NCBI GenBank assembly: GCA_042570405.1
Contig: JBHPGR010000005.1
Span: forward strand, 1 to 61,961
Origin: Candidatus Omnitrophota bacterium
GTDB taxonomy: Bacteria > Omnitrophota > Gorgyraeia > Gygaellales > Profunditerraquicolaceae
Direction: 5' to 3'
Length of the DNA: 61,961 nt
The notes below the pieces were generated by a model. That model made no database searches. It was not told where the DNA came from and saw only the letters and a program-made list of their open reading frames with translations. The translations under genes were made by a program, and so were the position numbers. Below, piece by piece: positions 9,101 through 15,155 of this stretch. Position 1 is the first letter of the stretch. Every line of letters begins with the position of its first letter.

Positions 9101-10207
9101 AAGAGAACCGGTACAGGATGGACGCAGGAGTTCGGCCATTATGATGAGAGAGACGGAGAATTCATAAGAGGCCAAGATGGCTCTCATGCTACGCGGCCTT
9201 ATTCCGCGTATGTTTTTACCCGGTCTTCAGATAAAAATGCCCCCGCGCCCGCCGCCGAGCCCGCGCCGCAGAATCTTTTTACTGTAGCCGAAATATTGGG
9301 GACGATGCAGAGAGATTCGCAATGGCGGTTTGCGCGTGACTACCACCGTTTAGATTTATATTCAAAAGCCTTCGTTTCTTTTCAATATAAAGCCAGAGAC
9401 TTAATCACTGCAGGGCAAGAGTCTGTAGTAATAGAATTAGAAAACGGCAATATCCTGAAGATTTCCGCGTTAGACTTTTTTGGCAAAAGAGACTTTAATT
9501 CTGATTTCGATGCGGCCTGCCTGGAAAGTGGCAAATTTACCGTTAAGGAAGGACAAGACAATATAGATATTTATTACATTATTCAACCCAAACTCGAAAT
9601 GACAGCTACCTTGGCAGATGCATGGCGTTTTATGGAAAGCCTGCCGTCAGGCTATAGAATGGGAGATATTCCTAAGGCAAGCAATATCGGATTTGATCCG
9701 GTTAAGAAGCGGTGGTTTTTGGTAGATACTTTTGCCGTTGAGGGGTCAGCCAGCGGCAAAGACAAAGATGACAATGATCCGCCGGCAGGTAGCTCAGCTA
9801 TGCCAACAAGCACTAGGGATCCTACAGACCAAGGCCCTGGTGGTATCGACTTCCGCGCCTTAGCGATTACTATTCAGCCGATGACGGCTATTCAGGGGCA
9901 GCCTGCTTTAGGGACAGTCCCCTTCGGGGACAGTCCCTTATCTGGCGAGTGGCTGCAGATCCAGCAGATGGTAGATAGAGGCATTATGCCGTCGGTTGAG
10001 AGGATTAAGGATGAGCTTAAGGCGCGCTGTGAAGATGATAATTTTGACAAGAATGTGTTGGCGGCGCTCTCCTGTATAGCTTCGATACTGCGCCTTGAAG
10101 AGGATAACTGTTGCTCGACTAATGCCTCCTTGAGGGGGCTATTAGTTTTATTGGAATCAGGAAGATCAGCCGGCGAGTTGAAGCTGGCATTAGATAATCA
10201 GATTTAG
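2..10207 (+). CDS. Giant modular multi-enzyme protein, 5'-partial (continues upstream of the window)
   Basis: I translated frame 2 by hand from nt 2 to the ATG at 386 and found no stop codon, so the track start at 386 is only the first in-frame ATG. The ORF is uninterrupted to TAG at 10205-10207. Recognisable enzyme motifs are separated by Pro/Ala-rich linkers. Confidence 0.9.
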   Translation, partial: APATLRASANRSEEEIIPILTKIFNLAGQFRDDPARNSFLKYTAPATLRASANRSEEEIIQSFRQLLRGKTKDNLPPYTGSGDTSVHKAFDDINAKIERRDFVGARRLLDELLLDLEAVRDTNDIRSLMEKWNRRYPSELPVDLQLKDIPGAIEIAKRAVDRIEDKPPAAYSPIVRNPQLEQELGILDSLMKNPAFLETMAGALLSAYNEHANTDYRITQDTDATVFTKEDLDRTQNLAGLIGVEVGTSALLATTRKGNSLVSVLKAITEDMLTEKEMRLLALFANATWKAGVPFRVKTGSDGESLGPYSLMQSHPDFVPVVLAREEVAEEDILQMKVAAHKLLSAIQHIDDPQEQLDRLEFLLKNKGFLELLARESLQAYNSRHGTKHSISTDQTLTGLTKRDLDIAMNLLGFIALEVGVGALLELTRQGQSMSDVLNAIVEGRLTGEEETLLALFANATWKAGVPFRVKTGSDGRSLGPYFRIMEHPDFRRWAQLPVDEQLKDLIQVHAAAAQLLLSAIEEHKQDDHLSASTPAEDKKPPADPAGRLSGARILVVDDDKVDRMAAKRTLELEGAKVVTANNPQAALAAFQSKDPFDVVITDNDMGKGIDGLILANQIRSLSNQQVPVVMMTGSVESAQKGLAEGSIGELIDKGFDSDKLARALVEAVARLTKEQKPAAPSPGAASQMAQDKELASSIIDYLNGDSDNAPKTVSDGENIYTLSAQPTEIHTDKIYRLGVRVALRRESDQALGYFLRFSIKEGTIRRLDVTLGNVRFAGSSEEADLTGEGLGHQVFKILGRIIPQGTGIDLYITNKKTKSQLAEGYYFDAAGQVKKQVSKNEKRADDPQVTDKDMPAVIRDTLWGDILHGAKFGDFQLTIRNRKKEAPNDEEEIIAKDLDALKWMISNPQGAVGRLVYISAVKKGAAAPADSSPATTIDELLNRKDKTITFSTSPDPSRAYTIHVQKDFVDPDILFSVDDTPQYMLYVNQVNNEEEESEYPVGFVSGIKMAKDKIMNLGWVIILDYPGILKELERFHKERVIKPTPLLDLMGIHVVFGPHSEYSSQIKFLYGYLTNRSSLKTDEEIREFFRKAPQDYRNQLIGPAVIEFCNSFVPVGAKIRIALAHRKSLELLRSGVAFEDTSLGRWFKRSGYGVVRVEEQPDKLPICILVKKRLVHLRANWHNPKVLGRHYSAKSASSLNPSPAEDKKPPAAEASEASEVPSADRRSAEMRGPSSATAASAPRAASTSIQPAQEESMFTGIEVREYVRPPKHGLVEGKRKLVGQNKGVFNEGRIETPGVANCVALIIINEDTGEQFVAHLDASSRLSHAEGLPDKLLSWKSKKAVLTGGMQNMGSDDIVKHALGFLTKIISIPTNNIYGYKLLIDDYEPFDIASIPVLLENGKYDVYLTTDTKITSLEAYHVIKEGLENAGRRLEVVGGVSSSAAAEPPVPSAAPGEANAAAPAAESPLPLRRSVGAARPEHYLPSAHEYWQEAEETLAKADLGEKDIADALELLETVISYCYSIAHAQPPKEILIKTTELLIKANRRYAKLVLEHPELFEPEAGLKPMEKDQAQKLMDDFLEAQGEEADSIYRPKYIDDESQEQVAAVLDLTSLPEDTEYILVGDLHSRLGNLIKILNTNDNFQKLKDGRAVLIILGDAVHPEPAPEEVEAFINLLAENPEDDEWKALVGEFLKVIMEDKSMDPSVATMQFIMRLKTMLPFNVFYILGNHDYLTDNVVKGGVKQGIQYKKRLGELYGRLYAEDDYQAFINDSPIAVVGDGFVATHAAPPPMIVGRVKGKLRDPTIIDHIYAAEAGNEDDPITVGLIDGRIEFSEVSGKLQEIYLTTPEKDTGYTLEDVGTFLETMGQPGGTMFVGHGALADGGWHWDFSGKDVKHHMIYAARDRVGYASVKAGKVEFIEASGASAQIETAPQPSASAETPAQAAKVNGIIASNEKTGRYIVAKLQEMEAFVEGEQQDAQALAERQAKLAEMIENHQAYRFGDSRVPFIPIKGLLKNTGQFAHIGLGNAYGEPVVYIDADYAYIGPEHHVDYADLEFKIQVWGPEQYVEGIQVAYRKIIHRHELEEIRLWEEEIRVSESGTRVNPYLQGISSLSDVRNWMRDHINDAIWLTEYLHNQANNIANVGAIYRQGNKREYKWGIRQLAWSSLKETPSIAASPSPAETKPPAADPTEPDRIKRVSDLLASARTSRPEPEEIVGLTEKEILEGLRQSRFFGDNSEIAITAILNSLTMRELSSLIGQQYIPLVVTEMLKILPRYDKVLIAGRDGELFYDALKTVLQGMPQENKVVLFPGSFALMESLASREANADARRFLAQFGITEEVILGGGKILVFDTGFSGSVGGILRTTVFRLFGSGEGLESKLIATQKNNVRAAEITGFATEADALYRQFPKTLPFIIQEGYPWRTSYQTPANFVVASALQLLPHYHGHYRLGRDAAGNLIAIPERAAITEDIDGIYKKLGVNASVVNPAAAMLVQRRVIEYFKQRRQEVLAAAGLVAPALPVTTLAAPPAAAAAPAAEDVPSTLARAIAQLHESPIGENFTIGGKPADADYIIRVEENHGVLYDTRIVLRRRADNRTMVYLEISTQDGTNVKMGWIKTPDAQDRRKGMASLLLAKLREVFPDGRYLETEIAEEETLRGVRKNTRFTFAITPLFGLFRGAGWEAVEVYYVDRNGNHRPDIQKAMEEDLREFRRAGGRGLDDRAYGRVWLKVRPKGQEDEFDPSLDDREIDDDADAAAAPRAADAKKEYSSIRERRTAYLTAARNIYYSIHPALVRSIEEKGYDFADMVATLYPDYSSDSDGFIFPSRVRANYPKLDDNDRRGLKDIMQNKLGSDAEQEEFAMQQLGRAYAIWLIEKSGLDPNHWKRVLSGNKNPNYTPEFQRPFFDLGAGTNPIFCLQNLLSVRSYFFVDSSPFVRTFLDEAINILGLDRNKVQAIQADITKPEIFESYLKEGSVGTLRISNIGPYLQDQEMPEGWYDRIIKCIAPGGQLIIETLALREPLIDTNLLILREFEKRTGTGWTQEFGHYDERDGEFIRGQDGSHATRPYSAYVFTRSSDKNAPAPAAEPAPQNLFTVAEILGTMQRDSQWRFARDYHRLDLYSKAFVSFQYKARDLITAGQESVVIELENGNILKISALDFFGKRDFNSDFDAACLESGKFTVKEGQDNIDIYYIIQPKLEMTATLADAWRFMESLPSGYRMGDIPKASNIGFDPVKKRWFLVDTFAVEGSASGKDKDDNDPPAGSSAMPTSTRDPTDQGPGGIDFRALAITIQPMTAIQGQPALGTVPFGDSPLSGEWLQIQQMVDRGIMPSVERIKDELKARCEDDNFDKNVLAALSCIASILRLEEDNCCSTNASLRGLLVLLESGRSAGELKLALDNQI
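521..1480 (+). repeat. Tandem duplication of a novel protein module of about 150-170 aa (two copies)
   Basis: Copy 1 contains LLALFANATWKAGVPFRVKTGSDGESLGPY...HPDF and copy 2 contains LLALFANATWKAGVPFRVKTGSDGRSLGPY...HPDF. The nt cores 841-929 and 1361-1449 are nearly identical while the flanks have diverged. Confidence 0.8.
1655..2020 (+). other. Response-regulator receiver (REC) domain embedded in the giant protein
   Basis: ARILVVDDDKVDR...FDVVITDNDMG...VPVVMMTGS...LIDKGF shows the acidic pocket DD, a phospho-acceptor Asp, and conserved T and K in canonical order. Confidence 0.8.
2070..2760 (+). other. GNAT-like module 1 (tentative)
   Basis: A beta-strand-rich run (IYRLGVRVALRR...LGYFLRFSIKEGTIRRLDVTLGNV) is followed by TGEGLGHQVFKIL, which resembles GNAT motif A. 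It is paralogous in layout to 7630-8230. Confidence 0.35.
3776..4310 (+). other. CheD/CNF1-type cysteine hydrolase (deamidase)-like module
   Basis: In IETPGVANCVALIIINEDTGEQFVAHLD, Thr is 6 residues before Cys and His is 17 residues after Cys. As I recall, this matches the spacing of the CheD catalytic residues. Confidence 0.45.
4860..5700 (+). other. Calcineurin-like / PPP-type metallophosphatase domain
   Basis: Ordered motifs are GDLHS (4877-4891), GDAVH (4976-4990), GNHD (5189-5200), ATHAAPP (about 5357) and GHG (5630-5638). Confidence 0.8.
7630..8230 (+). other. GNAT-like acyltransferase module
   Basis: MVYLEISTQDGTNVKMGWIKTPDAQDRRKGMASLLLAKLREVF contains RRKGMA, which fits the R-x-x-G-x-A acetyl-CoA binding motif A (nt 7871-7900). 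Confidence 0.5.
8690..9130 (+). other. Class I SAM-dependent methyltransferase domain
   Basis: Motif I is FFDLGAGTNP (8716-8733). It is followed by an acidic post-I residue (FFVDSSP), QADITKP and IAPGGQLIIE. Confidence 0.75.
9275..9745 (+). other. Protein-kinase-like module (tentative, atypical)
   Basis: AGQESVV (Gly-loop-like), NILKIS (Lys), YYIIQPKLE (hinge-like), GDIPKASNIG (catalytic-loop-like, with one extra residue versus D-x4-N) and LVDTF (DFG-like). Confidence 0.3.
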
Positions 10208-10280
10208 GGGGGGTACGCGCCCCTGCCTTTTGGTTTATCAGCCGTAAAGGGTCAGATACGGCGCTACCCCTACCTAATTA

Positions 10281-10763
10281 TTAAAGTGACCTATCCAGGC
10301 TTCTATATTGTATTGCCTCTGAAATATGCCCGGCCAGGATCATATCAGAATCTGCTAAATCTGCGATAGTACGTCCTACCTTTAGGATCTTATTGTATGC
10401 CCGCGCTGAGAATTCCAGCTCTGCCATCGCCATCTTCAGCAGTTCCTGCGCTGCATCCTCCAGAAGACAATATTTTTTGATCAGCCCTGTATCCATCTGA
10501 GAGTTGTAGAAGATCCCCTCTGACTTAAAGCGCTCCCTTTGCAGGTTATGGGTTCTTGCCACACGCTCCTTGATCATCCTGGAGGGCTCAGCATCTTTTT
10601 GATCGCTGAGCTCCTTATATTTTACAGGCGGGACCTCGATGTGCATATCGATCCGATCCATCAGAGGGCCAGAGATCTTACTCATGTAGCTGTGGATCTT
10701 AGTAGTAGAGCATTGGCAGGCCTTAGTGGGGTGGGTGTAGTATCCGCATGGGCAGGGGTTCAT
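10281..10763 (-). pseudogene. comM: comM/yifB (Mg-chelatase-like AAA+ competence protein), C-terminal fragment detached by the island insertion
   Basis: It starts exactly at MNPCPCGYYTHPTKACQC...MDRIDMHIEV...FSARAYNKILKVGRTIADL, the canonical ComM C-terminus. The N-terminal fragment at 22345-23403 ends with the same AMNPCPCG. Confidence 0.85.
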
Positions 10764-10764
10764 T
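10743..10764. repeat. Left attachment-site core (attL)
   Basis: tccgcatgggcaggggttcatt is identical to 22345-22366. Confidence 0.8.
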
Positions 10765-10849
10765 CCTCAATTACAACCTCATAACCTTTTTCCTTCCAAC
10801 AAGTTAAAAATCTCAATTCTCAGCATTTCTCCCCCGAAAGGAGAACCTC

Positions 10850-11542
10850 ATGATACAGAATGATCCCAGGGTTAGGAATGGATTTGTTAAGCTCCCTCAT
10901 AACTTTTTTCACATTACGAGAGAGCTATCGGTAGCGGAAAAGTTTTTTCTTGTCTATTTGTTAAGCATGGACAATTTTTTCGGCGATAAAGGAGAAGTTT
11001 ACTTCACAGATGAAGAGGCCCGGAAGGATCTAAGAGTGGGGCGTAGCAGTATTAAACGATGGAGAGAGCGTCTCAAAACGACACTCTTTATTGATTATCT
11101 CCCCGGTAAATATAAAGGCATCGCAACGACTTACAACGTAAAGGGTATCAAAATGATGCTCTCTAATGAAAAGGAAAGGGGAAGGGTATCAAAACGAGAC
11201 GCGAAGCGTGCCAAAATGAATCATAAAGCGTATCAAGATGAACCAGAGAGGGTATCAAAATGGCACAACACTAAAGAAGTAAAAGAAGAAGTAAAGGAAG
11301 AAGGAAAGAAAGAGCCAAGCGAAGGCTCGGCTTCGGCTTGTCTGGTGAGCCAAGCCTCGCCTTCCTTAGGCCAAGACCTTAAAAACGGGTCTATAAGGGA
11401 AGATCTTAAAAAGGAGGCAGAGTCTTTACTTAGAGACAAGGGTCCCGATGAAGCGATAGGGTTTCTTCAGGGGCAGGGTGATCTTACACACTCAGAGGCC
11501 TACAATACTATTCTTGAGCTTCGGGGCGCGCAAGGTAAATAA
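10850..11542 (+). CDS. Island protein, probable winged-helix DNA-binding (replication- or regulator-like) with a Lys/Glu-rich tail
   Basis: An aggagaacctc Shine-Dalgarno sequence precedes the ATG. The N-terminus LSVAEKFFLVYLLSM...FTDEEARKDLRVGRSSIKRWRERL looks like phage or plasmid HTH proteins. No specific family was recognised. Confidence 0.45.
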   Translation: MIQNDPRVRNGFVKLPHNFFHITRELSVAEKFFLVYLLSMDNFFGDKGEVYFTDEEARKDLRVGRSSIKRWRERLKTTLFIDYLPGKYKGIATTYNVKGIKMMLSNEKERGRVSKRDAKRAKMNHKAYQDEPERVSKWHNTKEVKEEVKEEGKKEPSEGSASACLVSQASPSLGQDLKNGSIREDLKKEAESLLRDKGPDEAIGFLQGQGDLTHSEAYNTILELRGAQGK

Positions 11543-11570
11543 TTTAATGATTTAGTATATTCTGAGACTT

Positions 11571-11993
11571 ATGGGTAGAGAAAAGTGGTCAAGAAGGTAT
11601 ACGGTTGAGGATTGTGAGGTGATCAGCGTTACTGAACTTAAACACGGAGGACATCTTACAGATATTTCTGGAACTCTGCACGAGGTTCGCCTGCATTATT
11701 ACCGGAAGATAATGGCTGGGGAGTTTGAAGAATACGATTATCGTATTAAGCTAGAGCCTACACCTTGCTTCTTTGGAGGGCGTAGGTGGTGGTTTATATG
11801 TTGTAAGAATCCAGATGGCGTTTTCTGTGGTAATAGGGTTGGTAGGTTATATCTGCCTCCAAGGGCCAGATACTATAGCTGTAGGCATTGTCACAACTTA
11901 ACTTATACGAGTTGTAGGAAAAGCCACGATTTGGATAGCATATATAGATTAATAACTAGACTGGTAGGAGGAAAGGGGAGGATCCGGATATAA
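11571..11993 (+). CDS. Island zinc-ribbon protein of unknown function
   Basis: Cys clusters are PCFFGGRRWWFICC...FCGNRV...YYSCRHCHNLTY. This pattern is common in uncharacterised proteins of mobile elements. Confidence 0.5.
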   Translation: MGREKWSRRYTVEDCEVISVTELKHGGHLTDISGTLHEVRLHYYRKIMAGEFEEYDYRIKLEPTPCFFGGRRWWFICCKNPDGVFCGNRVGRLYLPPRARYYSCRHCHNLTYTSCRKSHDLDSIYRLITRLVGGKGRIRI

Positions 11994-12183
11994 TCCGAAG
12001 CATTGTAAAACAATGAATAGCAATAATCCTGAGTTTACCAACACTATAAAAAAGGTATGTAAATTACGCCTATTTACGGAGTTTAGTTACACTATAAAAA
12101 AGGGGGAAAGGTGGCAAACAATCCCCCCGGTCATTTATGAGGGGTTTTAACGAGGGGATATAGGGCAGTAAACAAACGAAGGT

Positions 12184-12738
12184 TTATTTAGAGAGGTTTG
12201 CTTTTAAAGCCTCAATGAGCTTTTGCCTTGCGAGTTCTTTATGTTCAGCGAGGAAACCTTTATATCTAATTATATTTGAACAATTGCATCTTGTCTGTCC
12301 ATCATTTTCAATAATGTCTGAATTGCATTTTAAACAGTAAATCTTGGCTTCTACGGTATTGGCAATCTCATAAGGTGTGAGATGAGGATATTTATCAGGA
12401 TTAGGGTAATAGAGGATTACCTGAGTACCCCCCCAATCATATGAGGTGCTGGTTTTCTCCTTGGGGCTACGCTCCTTGTTTAGCTCCTTCTTATAAAAAA
12501 TAGCAAAAAAAACGGAGATTAGGAGTGCTAAAAAATATGCTAATCTGGGTATTGTCTTTAGGATTTGCTCTATGGCTGAGGCGTAAACAAATATATCGTG
12601 AGCAATCTTTGCTCTCAGTTCTTCACCAAGGAATAATGATAGGAGTGTTCCTACTATTATTCCAATTGTTGTTCCAAGGGCTGTGGATGTACTTCTTGAC
12701 AGTATTTTCTTAAAAAAACTCATAGTCAATTTAACCAC
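12184..12738 (-). CDS. Island membrane-anchored protein with a C-terminal Cys cluster
   Basis: Two N-terminal hydrophobic helices are followed by YCLKCNSDIIENDGQTRCNCSN. Confidence 0.5.
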   Translation of the reverse strand: MVKLTMSFFKKILSRSTSTALGTTIGIIVGTLLSLFLGEELRAKIAHDIFVYASAIEQILKTIPRLAYFLALLISVFFAIFYKKELNKERSPKEKTSTSYDWGGTQVILYYPNPDKYPHLTPYEIANTVEAKIYCLKCNSDIIENDGQTRCNCSNIIRYKGFLAEHKELARQKLIEALKANLSK

Positions 12739-12790
12739 AAATTAACCCTTAAATCAACAAAAAGGGTGGTTTATTTGATAAGGAGGAACA

Positions 12791-12955
12791 ATGGCTTTAA
12801 GCGGAGTAAACACACTTTGTAAGGATTGCATCCAAGAGTGCAAGCAATGGAAGCAGATCACGGTTGTCAGGTGTCCGTTCTATCAACGCAAGCCGGATGC
12901 CAAGTTTGAAGATGTGCAGATTCCAAGCACAGCAGAATGGCAAAGAGGCTCGTAG
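12791..12955 (+). CDS. Unlisted 54-aa Cys-rich small ORF
   Basis: aaggagga lies 3 nt upstream of the ATG. The product is MALSGVNTLCKDCIQECKQWKQITVVRCPFYQRKPDAKFEDVQIPSTAEWQRGS, with TAG at 12953-12955. It falls below the size cut-off of the ORF track. Confidence 0.4.
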   Translation: MALSGVNTLCKDCIQECKQWKQITVVRCPFYQRKPDAKFEDVQIPSTAEWQRGS

Positions 12956-13036
12956 CGAGGCGATAATTAGGATTTAAGCGTTTATCGTATGTACGGCTTC
13001 TGGGGAGGGATCGTTCGTTGTAGGGCAGATTTAGGG

Positions 13037-13435
13037 CTATTGGCTTTTGCCGTACTCTCTTAATTGGTTCATGCCCTCTACTATCTGGTAACCAATTGCC
13101 ATCCAAATTATCGGCCTAATAATGTTTCCCCAAGAAAATGAGGCAATCAAGAACCTAACAGACCAAGACCCTTCATAGAATCCGACAAAGCATCCGTAAG
13201 GGTAGGGAAGAAATACCATAAAGGTAAAAAGCATATTTCTCCAAGACCTTTTGTTATCAATAGTGACAGCCAGAAAAGTTATAATCCCTACAAACGAGAG
13301 CAAAGCACCTATTACGAGTGTCCATCCCTCCCAATCGTTAGAGCTGTATCTGAATAGGCGGATTAAGCCATATATAAATGGGGGAATACAGGGCACTATA
13401 GCTTTAGCACTTAACTCAGTAGTATCTGTTTTCAT
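13037..13435 (-). CDS. Island polytopic membrane protein (about 4 TM)
   Basis: The profile is hydrophobic throughout. It is co-oriented with its neighbours, and its stop codon lies inside the 22-bp repeat at 13019-13040. Confidence 0.55.
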   Translation of the reverse strand: MKTDTTELSAKAIVPCIPPFIYGLIRLFRYSSNDWEGWTLVIGALLSFVGIITFLAVTIDNKRSWRNMLFTFMVFLPYPYGCFVGFYEGSWSVRFLIASFSWGNIIRPIIWMAIGYQIVEGMNQLREYGKSQ

Positions 13436-13470
13436 AAGTTAATCTTCTCTCCTGTAGGGCAGATTTAGGG

Positions 13471-14079
13471 CTATCGCTTAATTGTCCATCGGGTAAATCT
13501 TATTAAGGAGTAAGCAGGATAAGAAATTAATCCAAGAAGAGCAAGGAAAGAGAAGATTTGATAACAGATGCTTCTTATCTTTGCTATTTTTCTGTTGATG
13601 TTAAATCGCTTTTCCAGTTCCATTTGAACTTGTTGCTCAGGCATTCCATCTATGCTTTTGCCCAACACTCTCTCTATGGGCTTTTTATTCTCTTCTGTCA
13701 TTTCTACTTTATAGTTTTCGTCTACCGTCATTGATGTATTGATATCAAACTCAGGGAGCTTGAAAGCTGATGCGAGACCAAAGAATAATCCAGCTAATAC
13801 CAAAGATCCAACTATTAATGAGCCTTCTCTAATGAAAGTTTTCTTATGTTTCATAAATATATTCTTTAATTTAGATTTCACCCCTAAAACCTTTATCGCC
13901 CACATGACAAAACGGATGGCTCCATAAATAGACAAGACTAATATGGTATAGTAGAAAAAGCGATCCCGTCCCATGTTTGTGGAATAATAAAAAACAGTAA
14001 CAATCTTTCTAATTACAATAATCCCTAATACGATTAGTCCTTCTTTGGCAATTTTTCTTTGAAGCTTGCTCTTATCCAT
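13471..14079 (-). CDS. Island membrane protein (4 TM with a soluble loop)
   Basis: It has hydrophobic helices, and its stop codon lies inside the 22-bp repeat at 13453-13474. Confidence 0.55.
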   Translation of the reverse strand: MDKSKLQRKIAKEGLIVLGIIVIRKIVTVFYYSTNMGRDRFFYYTILVLSIYGAIRFVMWAIKVLGVKSKLKNIFMKHKKTFIREGSLIVGSLVLAGLFFGLASAFKLPEFDINTSMTVDENYKVEMTEENKKPIERVLGKSIDGMPEQQVQMELEKRFNINRKIAKIRSICYQIFSFLALLGLISYPAYSLIRFTRWTIKR

Positions 14080-14082
14080 ATC

Positions 14083-14364
14083 CTAATTGGTTGTTTTTCT
14101 ATTCTTTACTATTTTCATCCCGACCAAAAAAGTAATTATTACAAGGGGTATTGACAAAAAGCTATCAACTTTTTGTATATCAAAACTATTTTTTTCAAGG
14201 ATTTTTAAAAACCTTTCAAAGCCAATAGCTAATATAAATAATACTATGCCTTTAACAAGACCTGTCCAAGTAGCTTTTAAGTTTTTAAAGGACACTTTTT
14301 TAATAAAGAAATACATGCCCCAACCAAACAGGATTAGGGATGATAGGTGTGATGGCAGATTCAT
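14083..14364 (-). CDS. Island small membrane protein (3 TM)
   Basis: Its stop is 3 nt upstream of the next gene's start (operon-like). The mirror ORF at 14087-14371 on the + strand translates to low-complexity junk. Confidence 0.5.
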   Translation of the reverse strand: MNLPSHLSSLILFGWGMYFFIKKVSFKNLKATWTGLVKGIVLFILAIGFERFLKILEKNSFDIQKVDSFLSIPLVIITFLVGMKIVKNRKTTN

Positions 14365-14458
14365 ATTTTAATTATACCCCCAAAGGAGCCTTATTCCAAT
14401 AAAGAAAATTAGTTAGATTCCTTCATCCCCTGCGTCTATTGTATTAGGAGGTGGGGAG

Positions 14459-14608
14459 ATGAAGCTTACCAGGAAGCTAATTCAAGAAACTAAGGCGCTG
14501 ATCCGGCTACAACTATTCCTACAACACGAAGTAGGGCTAAAAGAGGATTTATCTCTTAAGGGCCTAAGGGTGCTTCTAAATGCCCTAAAACAGCAAAAAA
14601 AGGGTTGA
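14459..14608 (+). CDS. Unlisted 49-aa small ORF (helical, Leu/Lys-rich)
   Basis: aggaggtgggg precedes the ATG. The product is MKLTRKLIQETKALIRLQLFLQHEVGLKEDLSLKGLRVLLNALKQQKKG. Confidence 0.3.
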   Translation: MKLTRKLIQETKALIRLQLFLQHEVGLKEDLSLKGLRVLLNALKQQKKG

Positions 14609-14733
14609 TTTTAGCATATGGGAGGAGGATAATATCATTTACTACAAAGGGGTAGTTATGGATTTAAATCGGGTAAATTTAAGGCAATTCTCTAAAAAGG
14701 GGGTTGTCTTTTTTATTTGGAAGGAGAGGTAAA

Positions 14734-15138
14734 ATGAAAAAAATATACTGGTTGTTGTTGGGTGCATTATTTCTTACTGGTTGTTCTACCGCTGGCTCTC
14801 ACCTGAAGTCAGTTCAATCTGATAAAGCTGATAGGATAACTGTAGGAAAAGTCCAGCGTGAAATCCGTATTGGAATGCCATCCGCTAAAGTTATTGAAGC
14901 TTTGGGGTCTCCCAATATTGTGTCAACCGATGAAAATAGGTTAGAGGTTTGGGTATATGATAAGATTGCTACTGATATATCCTATTCAAGCAGCGAAGGT
15001 GGAGTTTGGTTGATACTTGGTAGTGTCGGAGGAAGTTCAGGAGCAACCTCAACTTCCCAGAGAACGCTGACTATAGTTGTAAAGTTTGACGCCGATAATA
15101 AAGTTCGTGATTTCGCTTATCATTCATCAAGCTTCTAG
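14734..15138 (+). CDS. BamE/SmpA-OmlA-like lipoprotein
   Basis: ggaaggagaggtaaa precedes the ATG. The lipobox is LFLTGC. KVQREIRIGMPSAKVIEALGSPN...VWVY resembles the SmpA/OmlA fold signature. The track start at 14704 is too far upstream. Confidence 0.55.
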   Translation: MKKIYWLLLGALFLTGCSTAGSHLKSVQSDKADRITVGKVQREIRIGMPSAKVIEALGSPNIVSTDENRLEVWVYDKIATDISYSSSEGGVWLILGSVGGSSGATSTSQRTLTIVVKFDADNKVRDFAYHSSSF

Positions 15139-15155
15139 GCGCAGCAGGCAATCAT

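Noticed and set aside
10539-10784. Plus-strand ORF across the left island junction
   Set aside because: It is antisense to the well-supported comM C-terminal fragment and has no Shine-Dalgarno sequence or recognisable motif.
14087-14371. Plus-strand ORF mirroring 14083-14364
   Set aside because: The minus-strand product is a clean 3-TM protein in operon register with its neighbours. The plus-strand product is Phe/Lys/Ile low-complexity.
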